A DNA stretch of 64,000 bases from Thermoproteota archaeon (GCA_029258885.1 JAPDJW010000019.1:12056-76055), one strand, 5' to 3'; shown: positions 46,214 to 57,236, counted from the stretch's first letter. The notes: generated from the sequence alone by a model not told the origin. Numbers and translations are program-made.

Positions 46214-47116
46214 GTGTTGCTCTTGCTCGAACTTAAGGCTGAGGAATTCAAGAGAATGTGGAGAGAGTACGAGAGAAAACTCACGATGATGGCTGAGTCA
46301 ACCATAGAAAGGATTCTAGAGGACTACCCTAAGGCTAGATTTGCATGGAATTACATTAAAAATAACGAGTACATTAGGGGGCTTTGGGAAATGGCCGACT
46401 ACATTGTAGTGAGTAAGATGAAGTATAATGCGCACGGGGACACACACGCCAAGGTTGTTGCGGCAAACGCATTGAAGATACTTAATATACTACTTATGAA
46501 AGGATATAAGCCGGATATAGTTAAGGATGGTATAGGCGACACCGACGATACATTCCTCGTAGTACTACTTTCAGCCCTACTCCACGATATAGGAAACGGT
46601 GTCGAGAGAAAAAGGCATAACCACCACAGTGTGATTCTAGCCGAACCTATCCTAATGGAACTCCTATCTCAGATCTACAGCGATAAGTTTAAGCTGGCGA
46701 TGATTAAGGGCGCCATACTCCACGCAATATACACTCACATGGAGGATGAGCGATCCTACACTATGGAGGCAAGCATAGTTAAAGTCGCGGATGGAACGGA
46801 TATGACTAAGGGGCGCAGTAGGATACCCTACGACTTAGGGAACGTTAACATACACACAGTTTCAGCGATGTCGGTCGATGAGGTAGAGATAGTGGAGGGC
46901 GCGGAGAAACCTGTTGAGATCAGAGTGTATATGACTAACTCGGCGGGGGTATTTCAGGTAGAGGAGATACTCCACAAAAAGCTTATGTCCGGATGTATAT
47001 CACACTTAGTCGATATCGTGGCTAAAACAATACCGGAAAAAGTCGATACAGACGAAAGGATAGTTAGGAAGCTGGTAACGGAAGATGGGAGATTCGTACA
47101 CATAAGGGAATACTAG
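46214..47116 (+). CDS. HD-domain phosphohydrolase (COG3294-like)
   Basis: HGDTHAKVV, LLHDIGN, HAIYTH, VADGTDMTKGRSR. Confidence 0.88.
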   Translation: MLLLLELKAEEFKRMWREYERKLTMMAESTIERILEDYPKARFAWNYIKNNEYIRGLWEMADYIVVSKMKYNAHGDTHAKVVAANALKILNILLMKGYKPDIVKDGIGDTDDTFLVVLLSALLHDIGNGVERKRHNHHSVILAEPILMELLSQIYSDKFKLAMIKGAILHAIYTHMEDERSYTMEASIVKVADGTDMTKGRSRIPYDLGNVNIHTVSAMSVDEVEIVEGAEKPVEIRVYMTNSAGVFQVEEILHKKLMSGCISHLVDIVAKTIPEKVDTDERIVRKLVTEDGRFVHIREY

Positions 47117-47526
47117 GTAATTAATTTAATTACTCCCTTCTTTTTCCCAGCTATAACCTCCACCCTATCACCATCTGACAGTATCTTAAACGGGTTTTTA
47201 TCAGGTTTATCCATGAGAGGTATTTTAGCCATGATACATCCGATAATGATTATAGGCTCGCTTTCAATGTTCACTATGGCTTTTGGGGCAACACCATACC
47301 TCTTTAACCCGTATATCACGTAGGAGCCGACAGTGCTTCCCTTACCATATGGATATACCAGTATCTTGCCAGCAATGCTCTTACCGTATAAGCAGTGCCC
47401 TTTCTCAGTAACTACGCCAGTTTTAACGTCAACTCCTCCATAGAATGAGATAGGGTCCTCGGAAATCAATACCTCACCGGTAGCTCGCCCCTCAACCAGT
47501 GAACGACAATTTATAATAGTAGGCAT
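47113..47526 (-). CDS. DUF126 / aconitase X swivel subunit (putative mevalonate-5-phosphate dehydratase small subunit)
   Basis: PISFYGGVD..TG, SIAGKILVYPYGKGSTVGSYV, APKAIVN. Confidence 0.88.
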   Translation of the reverse strand: MPTIINCRSLVEGRATGEVLISEDPISFYGGVDVKTGVVTEKGHCLYGKSIAGKILVYPYGKGSTVGSYVIYGLKRYGVAPKAIVNIESEPIIIIGCIMAKIPLMDKPDKNPFKILSDGDRVEVIAGKKKGVIKLIT

Positions 47527-47535
47527 GCTATCTCC

Positions 47536-48552
47536 CTAGGAGCATAAATCGGTATTGAACATATAACTGTTAGCATGTTTCTCCGAGGAATAGAGCCTGA
47601 ACACCGTATCATCTCCACCATATCTGCTTGTAATTCGCTTATCCACCTTAAGGACGATACGGTCGGCGAATGGATCATATACTATAACTCCTCTGCCGGG
47701 AGAATATAGGATGGCCTTAAGGCCAGTAAGCATCCTATCAAAGATCATAATGGAGTAATCCCTATAGACTGCATATATGTAGGGCCTATTAAACAGCCCG
47801 AAGACAAGCCTATACCCCTTCAAATCCCTGAAAAGCTGGCGTATCCTCTTCTTTAATCTCTCGTCGATAAAACTCGATAGCACAGCCTTAAATGAAACAT
47901 ACCTTGAGCCAACGCTATATGCTAGATAGGTTGATTCAAGCCTACTAACCACCCACCTATAGTCGTCCATCGATATTCTCCTAACGGACTCTATGTAGCG
48001 CCTACCCAAATCCATAGAACTACCACAATCGATTGAACATGGAGTATGATAGATAGCCCAAAACTCTATGGGAACACGCATATCCAGACCTTTTCCTATA
48101 AGCTGCCTATGAAAACTCCTCCTAGCCCCAGCAACCCCACGCTCAATAAACTTCTCCACACAGCACCTAGGATAACCGAGAAGCTCACCAAGCCTACGAT
48201 GATCATCCACACCCTTAGTCTCTTTACTCCATAGATTGACCAGCTCAATTAATAGCTCATATTCCCTAGAAACAAGGATATCAGAAGCCTCAATATTCCA
48301 ATTAACTACAGGTCTGGGTCTACGTTCAATCCTCTCTAGACCATCCCTCAGCAGAAAATTCCCATCCCCCTTCCACAAAACGTAGCCTATACTCGACCTA
48401 TAACAATAGGATAAATCTAAGTCCTCGAGAAAACTTGAAATGTGATCCCAGTACAATATATCTATGGACTCTATAATAGCCGTAGGCTTCACACCGGTGT
48501 AGACTGCCGAAAGCTGGCAGAACTGCCTATGGTTAAACAGGTGGGCTATCAT
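47536..48552 (-). CDS. Hypothetical protein with a DUF483-like motif
   Basis: RLGELLGYPRCCVEKF and YHTPCSIDC. Confidence 0.6.
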   Translation of the reverse strand: MIAHLFNHRQFCQLSAVYTGVKPTAIIESIDILYWDHISSFLEDLDLSYCYRSSIGYVLWKGDGNFLLRDGLERIERRPRPVVNWNIEASDILVSREYELLIELVNLWSKETKGVDDHRRLGELLGYPRCCVEKFIERGVAGARRSFHRQLIGKGLDMRVPIEFWAIYHTPCSIDCGSSMDLGRRYIESVRRISMDDYRWVVSRLESTYLAYSVGSRYVSFKAVLSSFIDERLKKRIRQLFRDLKGYRLVFGLFNRPYIYAVYRDYSIMIFDRMLTGLKAILYSPGRGVIVYDPFADRIVLKVDKRITSRYGGDDTVFRLYSSEKHANSYMFNTDLCS

Positions 48553-48631
48553 CGAATATGTAAAGAAGGGCTAGGATATAAGCTGTTCGAGGGGAAAACG
48601 TTTAACTAGCGTTAATTAAATAGATAACTGC

Positions 48632-49306
48632 ATGGTCGTTATCCTGGAAATTATACGTAGACTAGAGGGTTCTCTCTCGATAGGGAAGGGGGAGTTCATA
48701 GCCTACGATGTCGCCAGAGAAACAGGTGATCCCTTCAAGATACTGGTTGCGACTATTCTATCCCAAAACACTAGCGAGGCGAACGCCTATAGAGCATACG
48801 ATGAACTTAAGTCCAGGATAGGCTTAGAGGTACACTCCATATACCGTGCGAGTCTATCGGAGCTAGAGGAGTCTATAAGGAAGGCTGGGTTATGGAAGAG
48901 TAAGGCTAGAGCTATCAAGGAACTAGCTAACCTCATTGTTGAGAGATTTAATGGTGAACCTAATGGCCTACTGAAGCTAACAGTAGATGAGCTTAGGGAT
49001 ATGCTCCTCAGTATCCAGGGTATAGGCGTTAAGACTATTGACGTCCTGCTTGTAAACATGGGATACGGCGTTATACCCCTCGATACACATATCCTACGGG
49101 TTTCCCGTAGGCTCGGCTTAACGGAGGCAAGGAGATACGATGACGTGCAGAGGGATTTACATAAACTAATTCCTCCCAAGCTCAGGTTGAAAGCTCATCT
49201 TCTATTAATTAAGCTGGGGAGAACATACTGTAGGGCGCGTAAGCCGCTATGCAGTGTCTGTGTATTGAACGATATCTGTCCGAAAATTGGAGTTGAAAAG
49301 GAATAA
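48632..49306 (+). CDS. nth: Endonuclease III (HhH-GPD, 4Fe-4S)
   Basis: ATILSQNT, LLSIQGIGVKT, PLDTHILRVSRRLG, CRARKPLCSVCVLNDIC. Confidence 0.92.
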   Translation: MVVILEIIRRLEGSLSIGKGEFIAYDVARETGDPFKILVATILSQNTSEANAYRAYDELKSRIGLEVHSIYRASLSELEESIRKAGLWKSKARAIKELANLIVERFNGEPNGLLKLTVDELRDMLLSIQGIGVKTIDVLLVNMGYGVIPLDTHILRVSRRLGLTEARRYDDVQRDLHKLIPPKLRLKAHLLLIKLGRTYCRARKPLCSVCVLNDICPKIGVEKE

Positions 49307-49333
49307 ATAGCTGTTTCATGTTAAGTTTTACCC

Positions 49334-50101
49334 ATGATAGATAGCCACTGCCACCTTGAACAGGAGGTTTACGATGAGGATAGGGATGAAGTAGTTGAGC
49401 GTGCAAGGGCTAATGGACTTAAGGCTATAGTCTTCTCATCGTCCAGCCCAAAACACCTCGAAAAGGCTATAAAGATAGTTGAAAGGTATAAGGGGTACGT
49501 TTTCGCAACCCTCGGCTTCCACCCAGAGCTTATAGGAGACTTCCCGCTACAAGTCATCGAGGAGTACCTGAATTCCATAGCGAAACATGGGGATTCGATA
49601 GTTGAAATAGGCGAGACGGGTCTAGACTACTATTGGGTTAAAGATGAAAAGCTTAGAAGGCTCCAGAAGGATCTACTAATTAAACACCTAGAGCTTGCGA
49701 AAAGGCTTGATCTCCCAGTAGTCATCCATTCGAGGGACGCCACTGAAGACACCTTCGACATCCTCGAATCATTCGGCTATAAACGGATACACTGGCACAT
49801 GTTCGGCTTTCATGACCAGCTTAAGAGAGCCATAGACAACGGATGGTACATATCAGTTAATGCAATACTATTCAGAAGCAAGAGATACAGGAAAATAGCT
49901 AGAGACGCCCCAATAGATAGGCTTATGGTTGAAACCGATGCACCATGGCTACTAGTAATTAGGGAGGGCAGAAACGAGCCATCAACAATAGTCGATATAG
50001 CCAGAATGATTGCCTCCATCAGAAAAACAGATTTCGAGGAAATATGGCTTCAACTAGGACTAAACGCCAAAAAATTTTATAATCTACCCGTGGAGCTCTA
50101 G
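49334..50101 (+). CDS. tatD: TatD-family deoxyribonuclease
   Basis: IDSHCHL, GFHP, EIGETGLDYY, PVVIHSR, VETDAP. Confidence 0.93.
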   Translation: MIDSHCHLEQEVYDEDRDEVVERARANGLKAIVFSSSSPKHLEKAIKIVERYKGYVFATLGFHPELIGDFPLQVIEEYLNSIAKHGDSIVEIGETGLDYYWVKDEKLRRLQKDLLIKHLELAKRLDLPVVIHSRDATEDTFDILESFGYKRIHWHMFGFHDQLKRAIDNGWYISVNAILFRSKRYRKIARDAPIDRLMVETDAPWLLVIREGRNEPSTIVDIARMIASIRKTDFEEIWLQLGLNAKKFYNLPVEL

Positions 50102-51078
50102 ATGGGCGGAGGCGGCGGTGGAGGCGCTGGACCTAGCCTACTTATGGCTTCATTAAGCTGTCTCCTCAGGTTTACGGGTATTATTCCGGTGATTTCTCTT
50201 TCTATCATGTATGCTTCGCCTATGACTTCGTGTTCGGGAATATCCTTTCTGTGGTGTATGTATTCGCATACTAGTATGGCTTGGATATAAGGGGTCAAGA
50301 AGGCGTAGTAGGTTATGGCTGCGGCTATGACTCCAAGTAGTATTGGTATGGGGTTTAGGGGTCCAGTTATGAAGTAGCCTGCGACGATTGCTACTCCTAG
50401 GAATGTCGCTAAAGTTACTGCGTAGTTTAGGATCATGAATATGATGGCTATTGTTAGGAAGCTGCCCCACTTCTTCTTGACTACGGCCATTCCTATTCTG
50501 GCGTTCATCCATGCGTCGTAGTTTTCTAGGACTACCGCGACCGTTACTACATCGAGTATGACTAGTATGAATCTATCTAGGATAGCCATAACTATTTTAG
50601 CTATAGTGCTTACGATGGGTATCCAGCTGGTGAGGAACCTTACGAGGCCCGTTAGTGTTCTAAAGAAGGCTCGTGCAACCATTCTGAATACCCAGAGGAC
50701 TGAGAGGGAAAGGGCCTTGGATTTAACGATGTCGACTCCGTATCTGATTTGTGAGGTAAACGTTATTTTGGGAAAGCCTCTGGCGTAGGCTCCCATGGCG
50801 GCTATGTGTGCGCAGAATATCATGAACATTAGATATCTGTATACTAGCCTGACGACTGCGATGAGGTATAGGGGTATGCCTACAACTGTCACTAGTCTAA
50901 CCCATATATTCTCTGGGAATATATCCGTGAAGAAAACTAGTGCTCCGAGCCAGAAGGCTAGGGCGACAAGTATTGCAAACAATACTGTAACGAGGATTCT
51001 CAGTAGTATGAAAGGTATGGTATTGAAGTATACTTTGAGTCCTAGAGTCATGCTTCTGCCGATGGGCAAATATTTCAC
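50098..51078 (-). CDS. Membrane protein with a poly-Pro C-terminus
   Basis: Several TM segments, ends GPAPPPPPPI. Confidence 0.65.
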   Translation of the reverse strand: MKYLPIGRSMTLGLKVYFNTIPFILLRILVTVLFAILVALAFWLGALVFFTDIFPENIWVRLVTVVGIPLYLIAVVRLVYRYLMFMIFCAHIAAMGAYARGFPKITFTSQIRYGVDIVKSKALSLSVLWVFRMVARAFFRTLTGLVRFLTSWIPIVSTIAKIVMAILDRFILVILDVVTVAVVLENYDAWMNARIGMAVVKKKWGSFLTIAIIFMILNYAVTLATFLGVAIVAGYFITGPLNPIPILLGVIAAAITYYAFLTPYIQAILVCEYIHHRKDIPEHEVIGEAYMIEREITGIIPVNLRRQLNEAISRLGPAPPPPPPPI

Positions 51079-51101
51079 CTAAAAATATCAATCATTTTAA
51101 A

Positions 51102-51929
51102 CTATTTTAAAACTTCCTCGACGTTAAACCCTAGTTCCTTAGCTTTAACTATAGCCTTTAACGCTTCACTCTTTCTTCCAATTCTAGCTAAAGCTAGACC
51201 TAAGGCGAACCATACCTCACCCCTCTCTCCGTTCATTTTAACTGCCTTTGATAAAACCTCGTGGGCTTCCTTAAACCTATTAACCGCCATTAGAGCTACG
51301 CCATAGTTAAATAATGTATCGGCATTATTCGGGTTGATTTTCATAGCCTTTTTAAATGCCTCCAGAGCCTCCGCGTATCTTCCGAGCTTTGTGAGTAACG
51401 TCCCTAGGTTATGCCACGATCTAAAGTCTTCGGGGTTAATCTTTAGACACCTTCTGTAGGCGTCAACAGCATCATTATACATCCCTATTCTCTCATATGC
51501 CACGCCTAGATTATACCATGCATCGTACATCTCCGGATCTCTCTTGACTGCAGCTTTAAGTTTATCAATCGCCTCCCTGTACCTGCCAATCTTACTGTAC
51601 ACAACCCCCAGGGCATAGAGAGCCCTAGCGTTATTCGGACTTAATTCGATGGCCTTTAGTAGGGCTGAAGCCGCTTCGTTGTATCTACCCAAGGCATCGT
51701 ATGCCATGCCTAAGTTGATCCAAGCGTCGACTACGCTATCATCTATACTTAAGGCTCTCTTTAAAGCGTCCACGGCGTCGCTGTATTTACCGAGCTTAAT
51801 ATATGTAAAGCCAAGGAGAATCCATGCCTCAACATTACTAGGATTCCTTTTTAAAATAGTTTTGAGCAGTTTAACCGCATCGCTATACTTTCCATCCACT
51901 ATAAGTCTACGTGCATCAGCGGGCTTCAT
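51102..51929 (-). CDS. TPR-repeat protein
   Basis: About 7-8 34-aa repeats of the type AW.NLG.AY...G.Y..A..A...A....P. Confidence 0.92.
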   Translation of the reverse strand: MKPADARRLIVDGKYSDAVKLLKTILKRNPSNVEAWILLGFTYIKLGKYSDAVDALKRALSIDDSVVDAWINLGMAYDALGRYNEAASALLKAIELSPNNARALYALGVVYSKIGRYREAIDKLKAAVKRDPEMYDAWYNLGVAYERIGMYNDAVDAYRRCLKINPEDFRSWHNLGTLLTKLGRYAEALEAFKKAMKINPNNADTLFNYGVALMAVNRFKEAHEVLSKAVKMNGERGEVWFALGLALARIGRKSEALKAIVKAKELGFNVEEVLK

Positions 51930-52081
51930 CGATGTTAAGGTAATATTAAGGTATAAAGTAGTGTATAAGTGAAAATCATCCGTATTTATGTGGCTATTCT
52001 CCGGATATCCCGACTATAATACTATATTTTAGCCAATAGGGTAATAAGTAGCGGACGAATTTAGGGTAAAATGGGTGGAAA

Positions 52082-52849
52082 ATGGAGTGTATTGAGAAAT
52101 ATTTTAAGATAGCGGCGGACGGCTACTACCTGGCGGCGTCAAAACATATCCCAGAGAAAGGGAGACCGGTAATAGTGTTTTTCCACGGATTCACGGGGCA
52201 TAGGATAGAGACTGGAAGGCTGTATGTGGATCTAGCTAGAACATTATGTAACTCAGGGTTTGTCTGCGTAAGATTCGACTATAGGGGGCACGGGGAGAGC
52301 CCATTCAGTTTTGAGGAGTTTAGCTTAGACTGGGCTTTCGAGGATGCCGAATCTACGGTAGAGTACATATTAAACAACATGAGAAACGAGGTAGATGTAA
52401 GTAGGCTGGGGATTATTGGATTCAGCTTAGGTGGAGCTGTAGCAATTCACATTGCCTCAAAATATCCGCAGCTTGTTAAGACGATGGCATTATTGGCTCC
52501 AGCCTTATCCTTCAGGAGGATAAGGGATAGGTTGAAGACTGGAATATTTCAGGTAAAGGATGGATTTGCATATTTTGGAGCTTTTAGGATGAGGCTGGAA
52601 AACATGCTTAAAATGTCCGAGTTCGATGGGTTAAGCCTAGCTCGCAGGATAAAGGCTCCAACATTGATAGTACACTGCAGGGATGACAATACCATACCTT
52701 ATGAGCTATCTACAGAGTTCTATGAGAAGCTGGCTGGGGAGAAGAAGCTGATACTGTATAATGAAGGAGGACATACCTTTAGCAACTGGCATCTAAGGAG
52801 AACCTTAGAGGGAAAGCTAGTGAAATGGTTTAAAGATACGCTTATATAG
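52082..52849 (+). CDS. Alpha/beta hydrolase (serine esterase/peptidase)
   Basis: FHGFTG, RFDYRGHGES, nucleophile elbow GFSLG, HCRDD, GGHTF. Confidence 0.9.
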   Translation: MECIEKYFKIAADGYYLAASKHIPEKGRPVIVFFHGFTGHRIETGRLYVDLARTLCNSGFVCVRFDYRGHGESPFSFEEFSLDWAFEDAESTVEYILNNMRNEVDVSRLGIIGFSLGGAVAIHIASKYPQLVKTMALLAPALSFRRIRDRLKTGIFQVKDGFAYFGAFRMRLENMLKMSEFDGLSLARRIKAPTLIVHCRDDNTIPYELSTEFYEKLAGEKKLILYNEGGHTFSNWHLRRTLEGKLVKWFKDTLI

Positions 52850-52910
52850 TTTAGCTAGTGAGCTTCAAGAATTGGGGTAAGTGCTTCTATAATACCTGCA
52901 GTTTAAGGTC

Positions 52911-54207
52911 TTAGGTAAAGTAATATATTGATTTTCCAATTCTCACTCTTCTGACGAGTTTTCTGTCGAATAGCTCCTTTAAGTATTTTCTCGCTGTTCT
53001 CTCGCTTACTCCTAGGTGCTTCGCTACCTCGCTGGACGTCATGCGCCTGCTTTTAAGTAGCTCCATTATCTTGCCGTGTATTTCAGATAACTCCTTTCTG
53101 TATAATATGACTAAAGAAGTTACCCTGCTCGATAAAGTCGGGTTCTCTTAGTCCTTCCTCTATGCACAGCTTTATCATCTTGTTTGTTCCAGTGCCCCAT
53201 TTCTCTATGTAGCCGTATAGGAACATTACGTTTCCTATTTTAGGGTTCCTGAGGATTGATTGATGTTCTCTTTTCAGGTCTTCAGGCGTTAGTGTGTCTG
53301 GGAGCTTGCCTGGGTTAATGACCTCAATCCTATCGTCGAATATCTTAACGTATATTGGTGATGGTATTGAATAGTCTCTATGAACTACAGCGTTGACTAT
53401 AGCTTCCCTGATAGCTCCGAGGGGTATTTCGTACTTCTCAACCCTAACGCCATTCTCGTTGATATAGCTTCTATACGACATATTTTCCCTAATGAAGCTG
53501 AGCGTTAGCTCCACTTGATCGAATAGGTTCCCTGTAATCTCCCTCTCGAGCAGGGGGTAAAGCGGATCCTTAAATCTGCCACATTTAACGACTGCATAGG
53601 GAACGTAGGGCTGAGGATCCTCGGAGAAAAGGAGGATCGAAGCTAGTGTAAGTGTGGAATCTCTAATTAACCTCATTCTCCTAAGGAAGTCTTCCTTACT
53701 CGAGTAGGCTAATCTAACATGTCTGGTATTCTCAGCTACATGAACAAATCTATTAATAATGGATTCGCTGATATCCGACAGCGTGGCATCAACGGGATTA
53801 TCCTCAGCACTAAGCCTAGGCTTATATTTTTCCAGTATAATTCTCTCCAGCTCCTCTCGACTAATTCTTTGGTTTGAGGCACCAACTCGCTTAAAAGCAA
53901 TTCCCTTATATAGATACGGCTTATCGATACCTTCATCCACTTTTATAACTATAATCTTCCTGCCATGGATTTCAGTAACCTCTATCTGGGGATAACTTGA
54001 GGCTCGATAGCATCCCTGATCATGCCCGCTAACCTGGGAATAGTTCCTCTACCTATATCAATACCCTTCACACGGCCGCTATCATCAACGCCTATAATTA
54101 CATGTCCGCCCCTAGAATTTAGGAAGGCACAGATTGTTTCCATTAAGCTCTCTTTAAACTCGACCCTCTCCCCCCTCGCCTGTTCTAATTAAACGGAAAA
54201 TATCCAT
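52911..54207 (-). pseudogene. AlbA_2 (Schlafen-like) plus RecG-C/HATPase_c_4 plus wHTH regulator, split by two frameshifts
   Basis: N-terminus MDIFRLIRTGEGERVEFKE...CAFLNSRGGHVIIGVDD shifts near 53990 (PQV|YPQIE). The middle has REAIVNAVVHRDY and RNPKI. After a shift near 53100 it reads HGKIMELLKSRRMTSSEVAKHLGVSERTARKYL. Confidence 0.8.
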
Positions 54208-54237
54208 ACATCATAGATTACATGGGAGAATAAATAC

Positions 54238-54267
54238 ATTCCGGCAAATGCCGGCATATGCCGGAAT
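54238..54267. promoter_or_regulatory. 30-bp near-perfect palindrome (ATTCCGGCAAATGCCGGCATATGCCGGAAT) upstream of the AlbA_2 pseudogene; putative operator
   Basis: Differs from its reverse complement at two positions. CCGG recurs every 10 bp, and the site lies about 30 bp upstream of the start at 54207. Confidence 0.55.
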
Positions 54268-54605
54268 CATCCAGTATCTCCAATAAGCTTCAACGTTTGT
54301 AGAAAGTATACTTTACTACTCAGCGTTTTAAAGTAGCTCTTAGCCAGGAACGTTTTTCCAGTTTTCCTTCTACCGTAGATGAGAAGTGGAGGCTTAAGTT
54401 TTCAAGGTTCTTTAGATCAGTATATCTGATTACGGTAACCATAATTACCCCTATAAATCTATCGATAAGCTGTTAAAACCTCTCAATAATTAGCTCAAAT
54501 GTAGATACTGAAATTCCTATGTAGCATGGAGCAGTAAGTTCGGGATTAACCCATTAAATACTCTCCTCCGAGGGGCGAATATTTAATTTTATATTTGTAA
54601 AATCC

Positions 54606-57236
54606 TTGTTATGGTTGGTGTCTGTGTTGAAGAGTAAGATATTGTTTGTTAGCCATACACACCACGACAGGGAGTGGTATCTGCCGTTCGAGGGCTTCAG
54701 ATACATACTCGTGAGGAACATCGATAAGCTCCTAGATATATTCGAGAAGGATCCGAGGTTCAGGTTTTTCCTGCTTGACGGCCAGACGGTGGTTATCGAG
54801 GACTACCTGGAGATTAGACCCTATATGGAGCATTTAATTAGAAAACACGTGTGCAGCGGCAGGCTTGCGATAGGGCCTCTCTACGTTCAGCCGGACGAGT
54901 TCCTAGTTTCAGGCGAATCCCTCGTTAGGAACCTATTGATAGGGCATAGGGTAGCGTGTAAATACGGGGGCGTAGCCAAGCTGGGATATCTACCGGATAC
55001 CTTCGGACATACCGCTCAGCTTCCACAGATGCTGAGGGGTTTCAATATAGATAACTTCATCTTCCACAGAGGCTTCAGCGAGAGCCTTAAGGAGTATGGA
55101 TGTGAGTTTATATGGCGTGCCCCGGATGGATCTGAGGTTATCGCTATATATCTTCCGAAGTCCTACTGTAATGCGAATAGATTTCCAGATGACCTGGAGA
55201 AGGCTTTGAAATGGATTGAGGAAAGCGTTAAACATTTGCTTAAATACTCTAAGGCTGGAGTTATTCTAGCTATGAACGGCTGCGACCACAGGCCTCCACA
55301 GGAGAATATTCCAGATATTATAGAGAAGCTTGGGGAAGCGGTTGGCGATGAGTTTGAGATCATACATGGCGGGCTGTTCGATTACATTAGGCTGCTTAAT
55401 TCAATCAGGGATAGGCTTAAGGTATTTACTGGAGAGATGATCTGGGGCAGGTATCATCCAATACTCACCGGAGTGTGGTCCTCCCGAACCTACCTGCTGA
55501 TGGAGAACTGGAGGACGGAAGCTATCTTAACGTATTATGCTGAGCCACTAGCAACTATAGCGTGGATTATGGGCATGAAGTACCCACAGGATCAGCTGAC
55601 TTATGCCTGGAAGACTCTGCTTAAAAATCATCCACACGACAGCATATGTGGATGTAGTACCGATGAGGTTCACAGGGAGTGTATGACTAGGTTTGCTAAG
55701 GTCCAGCACGTATGTAACATGATTATAAGGGATTCTATGGAACACCTCGTCGGAGGACTTGCGTTCTCGAGCGGGGATGAACTGGGCATAGTAGTATTTA
55801 ATCCGACGCCGTATGAGAGAACGGATGTAGCTGAAGTAATGCTACCGTTTGATGCGGACGAGGTAACAATTGTTGATGAGGAGGGCAATGTGGTTCCGCA
55901 TCAGCTCGTCGATGACGATGTCCCCTCATACTCGATAGTTCATCCAGTGAAGCTCGTAGGTAAAGGCAGGATAACATTTATGGCCGAGAAGGTTCCGTCC
56001 ATGGGCTTCAGAATCTACAGAATTAGAAGCGGAGCAAGCAACGTGGAGTTCGAGTCGGACGTTAAAGCTACAGGCGAGGACTCCATTGGGAACAAGTACT
56101 TCAGGGTTAAGGCCAGCGAGAAGGGAGGCACCTTAATGGTAGAGGATCTGAGAAGCGGCAGAGTGTTTAGGGAGATATGCATCTTAGAGGATATGGCGGA
56201 TGCCGGAGATGAATACGACTACTCTCCGCCAGATAAGGATAAGGTCTACTACTCAAGGGCTTACAAGGCATCAATTAAGGTTATCGAGAAAGGGCCCGTA
56301 AGAGCATGCCTGAGGATAGACCTAGACTTTAAGTTGCCGAAATCCTTAACGCCAGATAGGAGTACGAGGAGCGATGAACTCGTCAGTAATCCCGTGAGCA
56401 TATACGTGTTCCTCTACAGAGGCATACCGAGGATAGATATAGCAATTAAAGTCGACAATAGGAGTAGGGATCATAGATTGAGAGTTCTCTTCCCAACCGA
56501 CGTATCCTCCGACGTATCCTACGCTGATACCCACTTCTACGTGATTAAGCGTCCGCTGGAGCTACCTAAGGGCGATGACTGGAGGCAGCCTCCACTACCA
56601 ACTAAGCCTCAGAGGATGTGGGTTGACGTAAACGATGGAGAAAAGGGCTTCATGCTAGCTAATAGGGGGCTTCCCGAGTATGAAGTGTTTAAGGACGAGA
56701 ATGGAAGATGTATAATAGCCTTAACGTTATTTAGGGCTGTAGGTTGGCTCTCCAGACCCGACCTCAAGACTAGGAGAGGAAATGCAGGGCCTCAGATTGC
56801 GACACCAGATGCACAGTGTCTAGGCGAACACATATTCTACTGCTCGATTATACCTCACGAGAAGAATTGGCTTAAGTCTAGGGCATATCTAGTAGCTAGG
56901 GAGTTCAACATACCCCTTATGACTGCTCCCGTTAAACTTAGTGGAGAAGTTAAAGTGAAGAATTGGAGCATGAGCTTGACGCCGAAAACGCTACAGTTGT
57001 CAGCCTTTAAGAAGGCCGAGGACGATGATACGTTGGTGGTGAGGTTCTACGATGTATCGGGTGGAAGCTACACGGCCAAGCTGAGTTTCCCGGTGAGAGC
57101 TAGGGCGGCCTGGGAGACCAACCTCAATGAGGAAAGACTGAAGGATCTTAAGCCGAAGGAGAAGGAGGTTGAAGTGGAAATTAATCCATATAAAATAAAA
57201 ACAATATCGATTTTACTCGAGGGACTACTCGGTTAA
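54606..57236 (+). CDS. GH38 alpha-mannosidase
   Basis: SHTHHDREWY, FLLDGQ, DEFLVSGESLVRNL, YLPDTFGH, NGCDH, NHPHDSICGCS. Confidence 0.93.
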   Translation: MLWLVSVLKSKILFVSHTHHDREWYLPFEGFRYILVRNIDKLLDIFEKDPRFRFFLLDGQTVVIEDYLEIRPYMEHLIRKHVCSGRLAIGPLYVQPDEFLVSGESLVRNLLIGHRVACKYGGVAKLGYLPDTFGHTAQLPQMLRGFNIDNFIFHRGFSESLKEYGCEFIWRAPDGSEVIAIYLPKSYCNANRFPDDLEKALKWIEESVKHLLKYSKAGVILAMNGCDHRPPQENIPDIIEKLGEAVGDEFEIIHGGLFDYIRLLNSIRDRLKVFTGEMIWGRYHPILTGVWSSRTYLLMENWRTEAILTYYAEPLATIAWIMGMKYPQDQLTYAWKTLLKNHPHDSICGCSTDEVHRECMTRFAKVQHVCNMIIRDSMEHLVGGLAFSSGDELGIVVFNPTPYERTDVAEVMLPFDADEVTIVDEEGNVVPHQLVDDDVPSYSIVHPVKLVGKGRITFMAEKVPSMGFRIYRIRSGASNVEFESDVKATGEDSIGNKYFRVKASEKGGTLMVEDLRSGRVFREICILEDMADAGDEYDYSPPDKDKVYYSRAYKASIKVIEKGPVRACLRIDLDFKLPKSLTPDRSTRSDELVSNPVSIYVFLYRGIPRIDIAIKVDNRSRDHRLRVLFPTDVSSDVSYADTHFYVIKRPLELPKGDDWRQPPLPTKPQRMWVDVNDGEKGFMLANRGLPEYEVFKDENGRCIIALTLFRAVGWLSRPDLKTRRGNAGPQIATPDAQCLGEHIFYCSIIPHEKNWLKSRAYLVAREFNIPLMTAPVKLSGEVKVKNWSMSLTPKTLQLSAFKKAEDDDTLVVRFYDVSGGSYTAKLSFPVRARAAWETNLNEERLKDLKPKEKEVEVEINPYKIKTISILLEGLLG

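Noticed and set aside
47113-47526. Complete aconitase X / mevalonate-5-phosphate dehydratase operon
   Set aside because: Only the small DUF126 subunit is present. No DUF521 large subunit lies nearby, so no pathway claim is made.
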